Origin: Macrostomum lignano
Lineage: Eukaryota
Reading direction: 5' to 3'
Assembly (NCBI GenBank): GCA_002269645.1
Contig: NIVC01004011.1
Coordinates: 756 to 64,755 of the forward strand
Length of the DNA: 64,000 nucleotides
The position numbers and the translations under genes are program-made. Shown here piece after piece: positions 1 through 12,780 of this stretch. Position 1 is the stretch's first letter; every line of letters starts with the position of its first letter. Under the pieces are notes generated by a model. That model made no database searches and was not told the origin of the DNA. It worked only from the letters and a program-made list of their open reading frames with translations.

Positions 1-239
1 TAAAAGCAATCGAAGTAGCTTTCCCAGAGTCCAGACACTGATCAATTCAGCTTTTGGGACAGAGTGGTTCAAACTTTCCATTTTCGACAAGACTGTTGGT
101 CCGTGTGCAGTGTTGTTTGACACTTTTACCCTTTGCCTCACTCACGCCTAAACTACCTTTCCTGGATGTCAATCATTTAGGGGTTGTCGCCATGGATCTC
201 GAGGGGGGGGGGTACTTGCTATTTGAGAGAGAGCGTACT

Positions 240-843
240 AGCTACATGTATCTACATGTATGGGATTCTTTCTATCCAGGGATGCTTGCTATCTGCAGGA
301 TGCTTGCTATCTGGGGGATGCTTGCTATCTGGGGATGCTTGCTATCTGGGGGATGCTTGCTATCTGCAGAATGCTTGCTATCTGGGGGATGCTCGCTATC
401 TGCAGGATGCTTGCTATCTGGGGGATGCTCGCTATCTGCAGGATGCTTGCTATCTGGGGGATGCTCGCTATCTGCAGGATGCTTGCTATCTGGGGATGAT
501 TGCTATGTGGGGGGATGCTTGCTATTTGGGGGGTGCTTGCTATCTGGGATGATTGCTATGTGGGGGTGCTTGCTACCTGGGGAGATGCTTGCTTTCCTGG
601 GGATGTTTTCTATTTAAGGGAAAGTCTGTTATCTTTGTAAAAACTTTTTTGTCGTCTTTGTAAATTTTAGAAAAAAAGATATTCATAGGAAGCATCTTTG
701 TCCATGAAAATTTTACTCGAATAAGGTGATTTATAAAACTGAAGAAGGAATTGGTTCTTAAGAAAATTGTCTTTTTAATGGATTTGCATGAATAATTTTC
801 GCTCCCTGCTTCGGGCGCCCCGAATGGGGCACTGGATTGCTAG
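240..843 (+). mobile_element. Non-autonomous Helitron-like element with internal ~17-bp minisatellite (GATGCTTGCTATCTGGGG); 5' end not defined
   Basis: GCCCC-GAAT-GGGGC hairpin at 817-830, then CTAG at 840-843 and a T (Helitron 3' signature). A diverged inverted copy of both array and unique tail lies at 31857-33008. Confidence 0.55.
278..600. repeat. Minisatellite, ~16-18 bp unit
   Basis: Direct inspection. It explains the repetitive ORFs 54-617, 184-552 and 260-499. Confidence 0.95.
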
Positions 844-3682
844 TCTACAAAACTAAATTACTACATGTAAAATACTTTGAGAATTGGTTACTAGCCCTCA
901 TTTTGGCGCCGCTGGCATTTATTGTGGCGCAGAAAGCACTATATTTTGGCGCCCCGAAGCAAAATTATTGATTTCCATAACGGATCACAGGGTGGAGCGA
1001 GGGGACAAAGCACTGGCATGTCCGACCATAGCTTTTACAGGTTGCCTGCGTCACGACTCGCAACTGCATTAAGTACATATATAATATGCATTTGTAGTGA
1101 CCAATTGCGACCACCAACCTACTTGGGTTCAGAAACCGTTCAATAAGGGTTTACGAGCTTTCGGCGAACAACTGAGACGAGTCCTTGCATGGTCACATGA
1201 TCATCTGGATCTGATGGTGTGAGACGAACCTCTGAAAGCATCCCAAGAGACCAAATGCGCATTGAGAAAAGCCATCAGGAGCTACCTGAAATGTTAGAAA
1301 TTTGCTAAGTTAAAAGGCCAACGAAGGCATCTTAGATTCACTGCAAAACCTAATTTAAAAAATTACATTCTATGCGCAGTTTACTACTTACGAGTAAAGA
1401 TAGTCGTGTGCACGTGTAAATTTTTACTTTACCTAAAGTTGACAGCTAAAATATGTTACTTTACTACTGGGCTCGTTCTTGGCCCCACCACATGCAATTA
1501 CTGTGCGCGAGTCATCACAATGGCGTCGCACCTCTCGGATGCAGACCGCGCCTCAACCTGGCTAAAAGTCTTCAAAGCTCTTGCTCGCTCGAAGAAGTGG
1601 AAAGATTCAGAATCCTCTAAAACGATTACTGATAACTTTCCGACCTTGTGTGGACTGGACACACTTGAGAAGCTAACTCATATTGTTGCATCGCCGAGCT
1701 GTATCACTCACCGGCTGATATAGCTGCTGTTACTGGCCATAAGGACAGCCGCTCCGTCGTGCGGTATCCGAAGAATTCTAAGCGGGCTTATTGCAAGACG
1801 GTAGAGATGTCCAAGAGCTTGGTACAATATATGGGTGAGCGCAGCGAGATTCCAGGTGAGTCAGAGAGAAGCGCTAAAGAGGGGCGGTTCGTCATAGAGT
1901 CTGAGCAAGTCAATCTAAAGGAAGGATCAGAAGAAAAGCGAGTGAAGAACGGTGGACAATTCTATTTTTCAAGCTGCTCGGTGCACTTTCATTAATTTCT
2001 TCTTGTTATCCTAGAAAGACTATTACGGCTATTGAATTAATTAATATCGAAGACCTTTATTCGTGTGTGTTGACCGATTATTTTTTACTGATCGTTGATT
2101 GTTATAATGATGTTAACATAATCAATAACTGACATAACCTATAAAATAAAAGGTCAGTAATTTGCTATTTCTTTTTCTAATACTGTTGCTATTATTGTTT
2201 GTAATCGTACGTAAAAACTTTTCCGTGCAATATACCAATATTGACGGGCTGCAGAGGGCAGAAACCAGCTATAACGCCGAAGCGCGTAGCGCCGTGTTAG
2301 CTCGTTTCTGACTGATGCGGCCCATCCATATTAGTGTTATAGTTATCGGGCGTGAAACCGCGTATCACGAACCGTTGAGACTGTCTATGGTAAAATCCCA
2401 TTTACTCCAATGCATTCGGTTGGTTTCACGGCCCGCTGAAAATGTCTATGGCAAAGTTAAAAGAAAGCAGGGTCAAGGGAGCCCCCACATTTGCACACCA
2501 GCACTCTAGACAAAGAAAGAAAGAACGAAATCTAAAAACTTGTCTATGGCCAAAACTCCTTATCTAACGAATTGAAAAAAGTAACTGATACTAAGCATTA
2601 TTTAGCGGTATTAAGCTTTACTTTGAAAATCTACAAGTTTTAGAAGCTTTAACTAGATACTTAAATGCATACGAGGTTTTTTACTTATGGAAGTCGGCCA
2701 TAGATTGTTGCAGCGGGTGGGATGCCGTGCGTTTCTCCCCGTTTCAACACGCCTAGACTAACTATAAAAATGCCATTCTTATTTGATCCAGCGTGCAAGA
2801 ATGCTTTGGAAGTCGCCATATGCGTGCAGAAATGCAAGTGTCTATGGTAAAAGCACCTTGAATTTACATGTGCACTCCATGCAGGAATGTCAATCGTGCA
2901 AGAATGTAATGCGCAATGTTTCTATATTTAGCATATCAGCCATAGACTACAAGCATAATCTTCTTTCCATCGTGCAAGAATTTTCAGACTAGCTCGCGCA
3001 TGTTCTGTCTATGGTTCAAGTCTAACTCCACACCCCCAGCTCCACCCTTGTCTACTTTAGCACACATGTTGGATCAAATAAGAATGGGAATCAAGCACTT
3101 TGACTTGTGCGTCTATGGCAAAAATCCTCGTGCGCTACGCACTCGTGTTTCAGCCATTGACGCACTCGTCAGCGTGCTAGATTCCTCCATTGCTGCACGG
3201 CATTGATGCACGGGCCATAGACAAACAATGGGATCCTTGACGTTCACTCATGCGTGAAGGACATCGTGCAACTCGTGACTTTGCAGGATACTTCATAGTC
3301 TTACATCCTGGATGCATATTATTCTGAGTAGCGGAATATTCCAAAGAAAATGACAAGGTGAATATTTAGCTTGCCGATGGTTTTCTGCCAATATAATTAG
3401 AGAAACTCTTAGGTGAAACTCTTTGCTTAGACGAGGCGAGTAGCTTCAATTCTTTAAACGATAAATAAGGCGGTAGAATTCAATATTCCATGTTGGCTAT
3501 TGTGACTCGATAAACGTCAAGAGTAATTAAAAAAGAAACAAGCGGAAACTAAGTAAAACAAAGAGTTGCGTAAGCAAAGTGCATGTGCAGTCTTAAAACT
3601 TATGTACTGTCTGACGCTTCTAAAATTCTTAATTTTTACTGTCTGATTTCCTCGTAGGATTCAAGAAGCCATTTATGTCGCT

Positions 3683-4387
3683 TCAATACACCTTGACAAA
3701 CTTGGCCCAGCTCGGGTCGGTCTCGATGGCGTCGCCGACGCTTGAGTCAGCGAAGTCCAGCATGCGGCAGGCGCCGCTGGCCCGGTTGAACAGGACAGCC
3801 CGGCACTCCCAGCGCTGCACGCAGAGCCACAGGCAGTAAAGCTCCGAGCTCACCGAGGCGTCAGTGTAGCAGTAGACAGGACTGATGTTGCCCAGCCTCA
3901 GGAACTCCGCTCGCTCCAGGTATTTGCTGTTCGGGGTCGCTATCGGCTGGCAGACAAATTTTTTGTCCTGATTCGGGGGTCTGTCTACCAAGCCCGCTTT
4001 GCTGACCCCTACAAAGTCATCGTCTTCCGAAAGGCGGTTCGGCAAGCCAGACTTCCAGTTGCTGTCATCCAAAGTCGGAAACAGCGAGCCGTTGGCGAAT
4101 CTCCAGCCGGTGCGAGACCTGCTCGCCTCAACCAGGAGGTCCGTCACTCCGATGAAGTAATAATCAATCCAGTGATTGACAGCTCGGATGGCAGTCAGGT
4201 CCATCAGCAGCTCTCCGCCGATGCCCAGGCACAGTCTGGCTGCGTCGCACCAGCTGGAAACGCTGGGGTTGTCGCCGATGTAGACGCAGCTGCCCAGCCT
4301 GTCGATGAACGGAGCGACGCAGGCGGCAGAGACGATGGCTGCCAGCCCCGCAAACAGCGTCAGCTTGAGCAGCTGCTTCGGTAGCAT
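3683..4387 (-). CDS. Secreted C-type lectin domain + PAN/apple domain protein, single exon, 234 aa
   Basis: Signal peptide MLPKQLLKLTLFAGLAAIVSA. CTLD pattern (SCVYIG..SWCDAARLC..GGEL..FIGVTD..WRFANGS..NW..FVCQ). C-terminal PAN-type cysteine pattern CLWLC..WECRAVLFN..GACRM. Confidence 0.8.
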   Translation of the reverse strand: MLPKQLLKLTLFAGLAAIVSAACVAPFIDRLGSCVYIGDNPSVSSWCDAARLCLGIGGELLMDLTAIRAVNHWIDYYFIGVTDLLVEASRSRTGWRFANGSLFPTLDDSNWKSGLPNRLSEDDDFVGVSKAGLVDRPPNQDKKFVCQPIATPNSKYLERAEFLRLGNISPVYCYTDASVSSELYCLWLCVQRWECRAVLFNRASGACRMLDFADSSVGDAIETDPSWAKFVKVY

Positions 4388-4904
4388 CAGCGAGTCTCAA
4401 GTCGGTCAATTTGGAGCGGCGTAACTTGTGAGCAATTTGAAATTTGCTTGGTTGCCAACTAGTGGTTTAATTTCTCGTCCGTACGCTTGCATTTATAGAC
4501 AGCTGCAGCCAATGGCTTGTAGCCAACCAACCATCCAGTGCAGCAGCGTCGACTTCAGGGGTTGAATTGTGAAACAAGAAAGACGTAAAGAAACTGAAGA
4601 ATTTTCCCTCAGGCGTCGATCATCAGCTAAACAACTGGTTTGCTTATATAGATAAAACAGCATTTGACAATAAAATATCTGGTAACTTTCTCAGTCGGTT
4701 TTAATTGATTGGCACTTAATAACATAATGAAACAATTGAAGGAATAATTTTTTTCGCAAATAGAGAGAGTTAAAGTCAATCAATCGATCTCGAACAGCCT
4801 TTGTCTTCTTGCTTTTGTCCCGATCAAGTCTACTGAGAGTCGTGTCAACATTGCCGAGTTGAAACCAGCTCCACTTAGTCTTACAAGACAGAAGCTTTTC
4901 TGCT

Positions 4905-5590
4905 TGCTTTGCTGAACCAACCAAAGTGGTTTACCAGACTCTATTCAGCCTTTTGTGTCAGACTGGTTCAAACTTGACATTTTCGACAGGACTTATCAGT
5001 CTGTTAGCAGTTTTGTGACCTAGCTTTAGCTAGGGCGTCGTCATGGATTTTATTGTGGGGGGGGGGTAAAGCCAAGAGTTGTTCTATATGACTAGAAATT
5101 CAGCTGTTTGAGACGCAGCTGAGGCCTGCAGCTGACAGATAGCCGCCTTGCCCACATGATACTGCACCCTGACTTTTTCCTCGTACGTAAAGCGATTTTA
5201 AACTGCTGCGGAAGCTGACTGACGCTTTTGATGAAGCACTGGAGGGAGCCTTGCATGATCATCAAGGAGCTAGGGATCTTATGGTGCGTAGGGATCAAGC
5301 CTAAAAGGATCAAGAATATTTTGGACAATCTTCACTAACTTTTGTACCGATCTTGTCAGTCTACACCACTGCTATTAGTTTGAGAGGATGAGGCGATGTG
5401 CCTTTTAATTAATAAATAATTATCTATTAAATATTAGCTGAGTTACAAGGCTAAAGAAGGCATCTTAAATTCGCTATCAAAGCCTAATTTCTATAATTAA
5501 ATTCTATGCGCAGTTTACTACTTATGAGTAGAACTGGTGGAGTGCAGTGTAATCTACGAGCGTTTGGTCACAGCTAAATTACGTGGGTAT
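4905..5590 (+). repeat. Diverged dispersed repeat; homologous segments at ~1-215 and ~1150-1450
   Basis: Shared blocks such as TGGTTCAAACTT..CATTTTCGACA, GTCG(C/T)CATGGAT..G-run, GAAGGCATCTTA and ATTCTATGCGCAGTTTACTACTTA. Confidence 0.65.
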
Positions 5591-6215
5591 ATTGACCGAA
5601 GATCTGAGCTGTGCATTTGCGTCCATATGGTATGAAAGCGTTAATTCTTTAGCCCTTTACTCAAACCATTTCACACTCATACCAGTCATTCTTCTTTTTG
5701 TACACGATCTGATACTGTCGTCTCCTGAGCAGAAAGCTGGAATGAAGTTGAGTCCAATTTTATGCGATAGAGAATTACACTCATAAATACCCTGCCGCGC
5801 TGCCAATGCTTATCTGTGGCAAAGAAAAATAATTCTTTTTCTACAAAGCAAAGTACATTTCTCTTCGTCTATAGAGCACATTATTAAAGTTAGAGGGACT
5901 GAAGTTAGAGAAAATACCCTGAGACCGTAGTTCATTATTTCGTTCCACAGTATAAAAGTCTTTCTTGAAGTTTTTAACATACACGTTAGGCGTGAGCATT
6001 GGGAAAGATCAGGATTTTATGATTTTATGATAAGCGGTTAAAAAAGTGGTATTAACAACCAACGCTACTGATGTTGAAGTGGTGCTCCACCAAATGTTTT
6101 ATAGTTAGACAGCTAAAGCACTGACGTTTTAGTGAATAAATTCCGAAAATTAGGAATCGATAAGCTTTAATAGTGCCGGTCAACTCTGCTGTCAAAATCT
6201 TCAGAAACTAGGACA

Positions 6216-8109
6216 CTAGCTATCTGAACCACTGGCCTTAACCAGCATTTCAATCTTCAGCTGTAGCCAATCGGGCACATCATCAAGCACTCTTGTGATT
6301 CGCCTGCGCAACAGTCGCAGCAGCTGCAGATCATCTCCGCAGATCGATGCAGCCACCACCAGTTCCTGTTGGTCCGCATCCGTTCTCATTGCAACATCCC
6401 GGACCCACTGCTGCCCTACGGCATCAGTTTTGCCAGCCAATTCAAAGTGAATGGCCTGCAGCAGGGCATCGAAGTTCATGTAATAAAAGTTGGCATAGTT
6501 CTCCAGCGTCAGAGGAAACAGATTGTCGACATAATTGGTTAAAAATGAGAAGCTCAGTTTCTCGTAGAATAGAAAACAGTATTGCCAAGCGGAGTCTCGG
6601 CTCGTCAGGTGTTGCCAAACAAAGTCGGTCGTTGCTTCACTCGCCGAAGCCCCAGAGGGCCAGTCGATGCCTCTACTCACACCGATTGCTCTGCAGTCTC
6701 TCACAACTTGAGTAGCAGCCTCTCGATCGCCTGACCTGATGAGGGCCATAGCTCGGAGCGACTCTCTAGTCGATCTAGCGCAGTCTGGCAGCTTGTCAAT
6801 CAGTTCATCAAGGTATTCTTGCGCCTCCGAGTTGTAGTATTCATCAGAGAGGCAAACCAAAGCCGCTTTGACGACATCGTAGATCTCGTGAAACTCACAC
6901 TCGACAGTCTCAGATTCTTCAGATGCTTCTGAAGAGCTTTCCAATAGACTGGGAAGCACGAGGAACGGATGGAAGTGAAATCGGCCCGAGTCAGTGACGG
7001 GTTGCAGATTGTCAATGAACTGCACAAGAAGCTGAGGCAGATTCGACATGGTGTCTCTCAGAGCATCGGCTGCGGCATTCAAGGATTCGCCAACCTTCTC
7101 GGATGAGCTGATGTCAACGCCTCGCAGGTACACTGAACCATCGCTCAGAAAGAAGTGGTCCATGATTCGACCGTCAGTACTGTCCAATTGGTGGGCGCTC
7201 TCAACACAGTCAATTAGCATTTGCAGTGAGCGTCTTGTGAGAGTCACGAGGTTCGTCTGATCCCATTCTTCCGGTGGTGTCTCCTCCACCATTCGAAATG
7301 TAAGCGTCTTGGCGTGATAAGACTTAAAGCCATTGTGACGGACGGCCTTTTTTAATAGCCACTTGAGAATGACAAACAATTGGCCCTGCAGAGTACTGAG
7401 ACTCCGCAGTAGCCGTTTCTCCAGGAAGCTGGTGCTTACACGGAGCTGCTCCCCCGCCTTTCCGGGAGGAGCTGCGTGCACCACGTGACAAGGTGACGAA
7501 TCCGAAGTTAGGTCCTGCTGGAGCAACTTCAGCACGGGCTCAGCGATGTTAGACTTGAAGACTCGGTCTTTGTGCAGCGGCGCGATAGGCGGATAGCAAC
7601 ACAGAAGGCGGGCGAGGACTTCGTCGAAAGCTGGTCTTAGCGTGGAGCCGAGCCACGCGGTCGATGGACTCGACGCTGCAATTTTTTCAGGCCAATGAGC
7701 GCTATTCATGAAAATTAAACGGGCTAGCAACAAATCGTTAATTTTAGGACTAAATGCTGTCTTACCGAATCCAGGGCTCAAAACGTGGCCGTTTTTATAT
7801 TCCACAGTCTGCACGGCGCCGCACTCGCACAGACCTGTTGGATGCAGCAGCGGTCCTTGCACCAACTGCATCATGTCAATATCTGACTCGGTGTCAGTTT
7901 TACCGTTTAGAGTTTTCAGACTGTTGCCCCAGCCTTCGGAGAAGCTGCCTACCACGAAGTATCCGTCGTGAGTCTGCCTTCTGCGTAGAATGTCTTGCAG
8001 AACGTCAGCCACAGCGCTCTGCAATGCGGCTCTGGAGTCTACGAACCCAGATTGAGAGAGCGCAGAGTGCAGCTGTTGGCTCAGTTCTGAGTCGCAAGTT
8101 GCCGGTCTT
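6216..8109 (-). CDS. Exon 2: Mab-21/cGAS-like nucleotidyltransferase (cGLR) with helical C-terminus; spliced product ~1145 aa
   Basis: VVGSFSEG and SDIDMM (GS plus DxD motifs). Mab-21 C-lobe (RVSTSFLEKRLL, KSYHAKTL, WDQTNL, MDHFFL). Acceptor TTCGTCTTTCAG|A keeps the frame with the ankyrin exon. Confidence 0.85.
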
Positions 8110-8174
8110 CTGAAAGACGAACGAAGCAATATCGAGTTCACAATAAATATTAAATCATGGGCAAGCACGCTAAC

Positions 8175-9718
8175 CTTTGTGCGATTGAGCCGTTATCGGC
8201 TGGCAAAGAATCGCCAATACTAAGCGCTAGCTGGAGCAAATTGACCACGCGGCTGTTGCCGAATTCCTGAGCACATCGTAGAGCAGTTTGGATCGAGTCC
8301 AGCTTGCACTGGAGAATGGACTCACGGACTAGCAACTCAGCCACTTCGTAGCGGCCGTTTTGCGATGCAATGTAGAGAGGCGTCTTGCCTGTCTTAGCTT
8401 GAACATTGATGTCAGCTAGCGCTTTAATAAGTAATTCGACAGTCTTCAGGTGGCCACGGCACGATGCGATGTAGACAGGCGTGCGACCATCGGCTTGCTG
8501 ATGATTGACATCGACTCGAGCTCTAAGCAGCGATTCGAGCACTCCGGGATGGCCTTGCTGCGACGCGATGTACAGCGGCGACTCGCCACCGAATTTTCTA
8601 ATCGCGACATCGGCCTGGGCTTTAAGTAGCGAGTTCACAATCTTATGGTGCCCCCCATTTGAGGCTACGTAGAGAGGCGCTCGGCCACTTTGTTGCTGGA
8701 GATCAACGTTGGCTTGCGCTTTGATGAGCAGGTCAACCACCGATTGATGGCCCTCTAGCGATGCGATATAGAGAGGCGTCTCGCCCGAGTTCCGTTGAAT
8801 ATCAATGCTGGCTTGCGCTTGTAGAAGTGAATTAACAACTTTTGCATGGCCGTTGCTCGCTGCAATGTAGAGCGGCGAGTATCCATCCTCATCTTTAAAG
8901 TTGATATCCACCAGAGTCTGCACAAGAAAGTCTACCACTTTGTGATGCCCGTTATGAGAAGCAGCGTACAGAGGCGAGGTTCCGTCATCTGCAAGAATAT
9001 TAACGTCGGCTTGCGCTTCGATGAGTAAACGAACAACCTTGTGGTGACCGTTTTGCGATGCGATGTATACGGATGAGCAGCCGTCTTGTAGTTCTTGTAG
9101 ATTGACGTCAGCTCCTGCTTTGAGTAGCAAATCGACAACCTCGTAGTGGTCGTTCTGTGATGCAATATAGAGTGGCGATTCGCCTGTGTTCCTTGGAAGG
9201 TTGACATCGGCTCGGGCATCGATGAGTGAGCTCACCACACGGAGGTGTCCTTCCTGAGATGCTATGTAGAGAGGGGAGCAGCCAAGGACCGGCTCGCGAG
9301 CATTGACATCGGCCTGCGCTTTGATAAGCGACTTGACCACCTTGTCATGTCCGTTTAGACACGCTATGTAGAGAGGGGAGCAGCCATTTCCTTCCAGAAG
9401 ATTGACATCGGCTCCAGCTTCGATAAGTGAATCGACAATCTCGTGATGGCCTTGATGCGATGCGAGGCAAATCGCACTATCGCCTGCCTGATTTTGCCTA
9501 TTGATTTCTACTTTGGCTTGAATTAGCAGCAAAACAATGCCCTTGCTTCCGTAGTAGGAGGCCACCATTGCTGGGGTTGCTTTAGCAGACAACGCATCGA
9601 AATCGATGACATCCTCGGCAAGACTTCTCTTGGTGGCTAAAATTCCCTGGAACGCTTTGGTATCGTCGCCTTGAATGGCCGCTAGCAGCTGTTCGTCAGT
9701 GGGCGCAAGGGAGCTCAT
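8175..9718 (-). CDS. Exon 1 of ankyrin-repeat/cGAS-like receptor gene (~13-14 ankyrin repeats)
   Basis: Repeated (S/T)PLYIASxxGHxxVVxxLIxAxADVN. Donor CAAAG|GTTAGC; intron 8174-8110 (65 nt, phase 2). Confidence 0.9.
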
Positions 9719-11299
9719 GAATAAAAATTCTCTCTAGAGTGAACAATATTCTTTACACGAACTTTCAAGAAGTTTTTAGAAGGCTTCTATTTTGCATAGC
9801 CTTTAATTATAGCAACTCTGGCTTTCTCGTAGGGCGATTTTCATTGGCGCTTAATTACCAAGTTCTTTAACAATGCAATAATATAAGGTTTCGTCCTGAC
9901 GTGCAAAATAATGCTATGCTACTCTCAGTAACTTCTAACGCTTCAAGATTGAGTCTTCGAAAAGAAGTATTGATAAATGTATTATGCATACAAACAAATA
10001 CAGACCATCAGAGCATGACAAGTTTCATAGTGCGGTGATGGCAACACCAAAGTTTCACTAAAGCAATTGGATCTTATAAGATTTTTTTCCGGTCAAATAG
10101 CGAAATAGCAAACTCGAGTGCAAATCAAGGACGACTCTCCTTGAGTAAGTCTTCTCCTTGCTCGCGTACATGCGTACATATCAGTCGCTGCTTGTCCCCA
10201 GCGTATATCCTGGCTTGTGTGGCAGTCATTTTTCCTCAAGAACATTAAAAATGTGAGGGGTGAGGAGGGATTGGGAAGAGCTGAGGGCAAAGATTGGATT
10301 AATTGAAGGGCTTCCGCCCGGTGTTCATTGTTTTCTCAAGCATTTTTTTAAATATCCAAATGGTTGGTTAGGTGATAGATGCTGGTCGAAAGACACTGCA
10401 TGCTCACTGGGTCTGGGGCAAAGGGTGGCGACTTTTCGATGTTGCTGAGTATAACTGTTGAGTTGGCTTTGTTGGATTTAGAAGCGCTCCAACTGGCTAA
10501 TTCATATCAGATACTTGATTTTATGCACTTACGAGCCCGTAAGATAGCTATGGAGTTGGATAGTATGCTACTTGACCAGAAAATCTATAATACACCTTTT
10601 CACTTTCAGTTTTAAAAAATACCTGCAACAAATATTAATTTTCAGGCATCCGATTCTGACAATTTTTGGTTGTGACAGCTTCGGGTTTCAACCAAGTTGC
10701 GACTGAGAATCGACATTTTGCATACACTTTCGACAAAAAGTCAAACAGTTCTAACAACTGCCAACTTATTCAGTCAAGTGAAGTACACTTGAATAGTCAT
10801 TTTTGGACACTCCAATATGAGCAGCCCGAGATTATATTACCTGAACAGATGGTTAAGATGTTCTTTAACTCTGGCTAACCCAGACTTGGCTGAGGGCTTT
10901 AACGATCGAAGAGTAAGGTTTTAACTCTCTTTACAGAAAATTTGTAAAAGAACAAAATATAAATGCTCAATTGAGCAAAGGTCAAATATATTAATTATTG
11001 AAAAAGACTGCAGCAACACAGGACCTAGCATGGCGTGAGAACGACTGCCTCAGTTTGCTTCCCTGAAAGGTGAAATTATGCAAAATGACATGAATAAATG
11101 CTTCGTTGCGTGACAAAGAATCGTCGAAAAATATGAAAAAGTAAAAAAAAACTCTAAAAAAACAGGAAAAGGCATTGCAGAAATACGAAATTTCTGTCGG
11201 ATATGATAAAAAACACAATAAAATATTTTTGGGCACTTTTAGCGCTTGAGGCTACAATATTCATTGAATTTAACGTATTTTAATGAGACTTCATGACTG

Positions 11300-12098
11300 T
11301 CAGCACTGGGGTTCAGTGAGTTGTTAATCAAGGGCCGTCTGCACTGGGGTTCAGTGAGGTGTCAATCAAGGGCTGTCTGCACTGGGGTTCTGTGAGGTGT
11401 CAATCAAGGGCTGTCTGCACTGGGGTTCAGTGAGATGTCAATCTAGGGCTGTCTGCAATGGGGTTCAGTGAGGTGCCTGCACTGAGGTTTCAGTGAGGTG
11501 TCTGCATTAGGGTTCAGTGAGGTGCCTGCACTGGGGTCCCAGTTAGGTGTCTGCACTGGGGTTTCAGTGAGGTGCCTGCATTAGGGTTCAGTGAGGTGTC
11601 TGCACTGGGGTTTCAGTGAGGTGTCTGCATTCGGGTTCAGTGAGGTGTCTGCACTGGGGTTCAGTGAGGTGCCTGCACTAGGGTTTCAGTGAGGTGTCTG
11701 CATTAGGGTTCAGTGAGGTGCCTGCACTGGGGTTCAGTGAGGTGCCTGCACTGGGGTTTCAGTGAGGTGTCTGCATTAGGGTTCAGTGAGGTGTCTGCAC
11801 TGAGGTTCAGTGAGGTGTCTACACTGGGGTTTCAGTGAGGTGCCTGCACTGGGGTTCAGTGAGGTGTCTACACTGGGGTTCAGTGAGGTGTCTACACTGG
11901 GGTTTCAGTGAGGTGTCTGCACTGGGGTTCAGTGAGGTGGCTGCACTGGGGTTCAGTGGTGTCTGCACTGGGGTTCAGTGAGGTGTCTGCACTGGGGTTC
12001 AGTGAGGTGTCTGCACTGGGGTTCAGTGAGGTGTCTGCACTGGGGTTCAGTGAGGTGTCTGCACTGGGGTTCAGTGAGGTGTCTGCATTAGGGTTCTG
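11300..12098. repeat. Minisatellite, ~24-25 bp (GTGTCTGCACTGGGGTTCAGTGAG)
   Basis: Direct inspection. Confidence 0.95.
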
Positions 12099-12780
12099 AA
12101 GGTGTTTTGAGGGTTCTGAGGTGTCTGAATTAGCTTTTTGGTACTTTCTGAATTTGGGCTTAAAAGTGTATCAATGACTCTGTATTGCGTATCGAGAGCC
12201 AGGATAACTGTAAGACAAATAAATATACAGTCTCTTAATCAGCTTTCCAATCCGATCCATTGTTATTAGACAAATTTATTGAAGTCATGGCAAATCCCCC
12301 ATTAACCAGTCACAAACAACAAAAGTTAGTAAGCATTAAAATATGAAAACTATAACGGAGGCAGCTCTTGCCTAGACTAAGCTACAAAAGACTTATTAAA
12401 TTTGTTGGAAATAAAATAATTGTTTTTGGCTTCGACGACCCTAAAACAATGTAAGATGTTAAAATCAGTATTGAAGTGCATCAGGCTGCTGAATTATATA
12501 CATAAAATGTGAAAAAGCTTGTAAAAGAACAATATAGGTAGTCGAGTGCATATAGAGTCACGCATCGCATATGATTTCTTAACAATGACAGACTAGTAGT
12601 CAGTGGAAAAGCAAGGCGTGCATAATTATAGGTATTACACCTGCTGATCCAAATACACCGTTGAGTGTTTTCCTATTCCGAAAATACTGCCTGCAGGTGA
12701 TTAAAGAGCTCAACAGCTGTACACTTCCTAGAGTCGAACACGAAGCATCTTATTGCTGCGTAAATACGAGTCCACTTAGA

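Noticed and set aside
1406-1995. Coding-like GC-rich stretch (MASHLSDADRASTW..)
   Set aside because: Interrupted by stops, with no recognisable domain or convincing splice sites; probably a decayed repeat ORF.
8150-8168. Operon-like overlap or programmed frameshift between the ankyrin and NTase ORFs
   Set aside because: A canonical 65-nt GT-AG intron joins them in frame.
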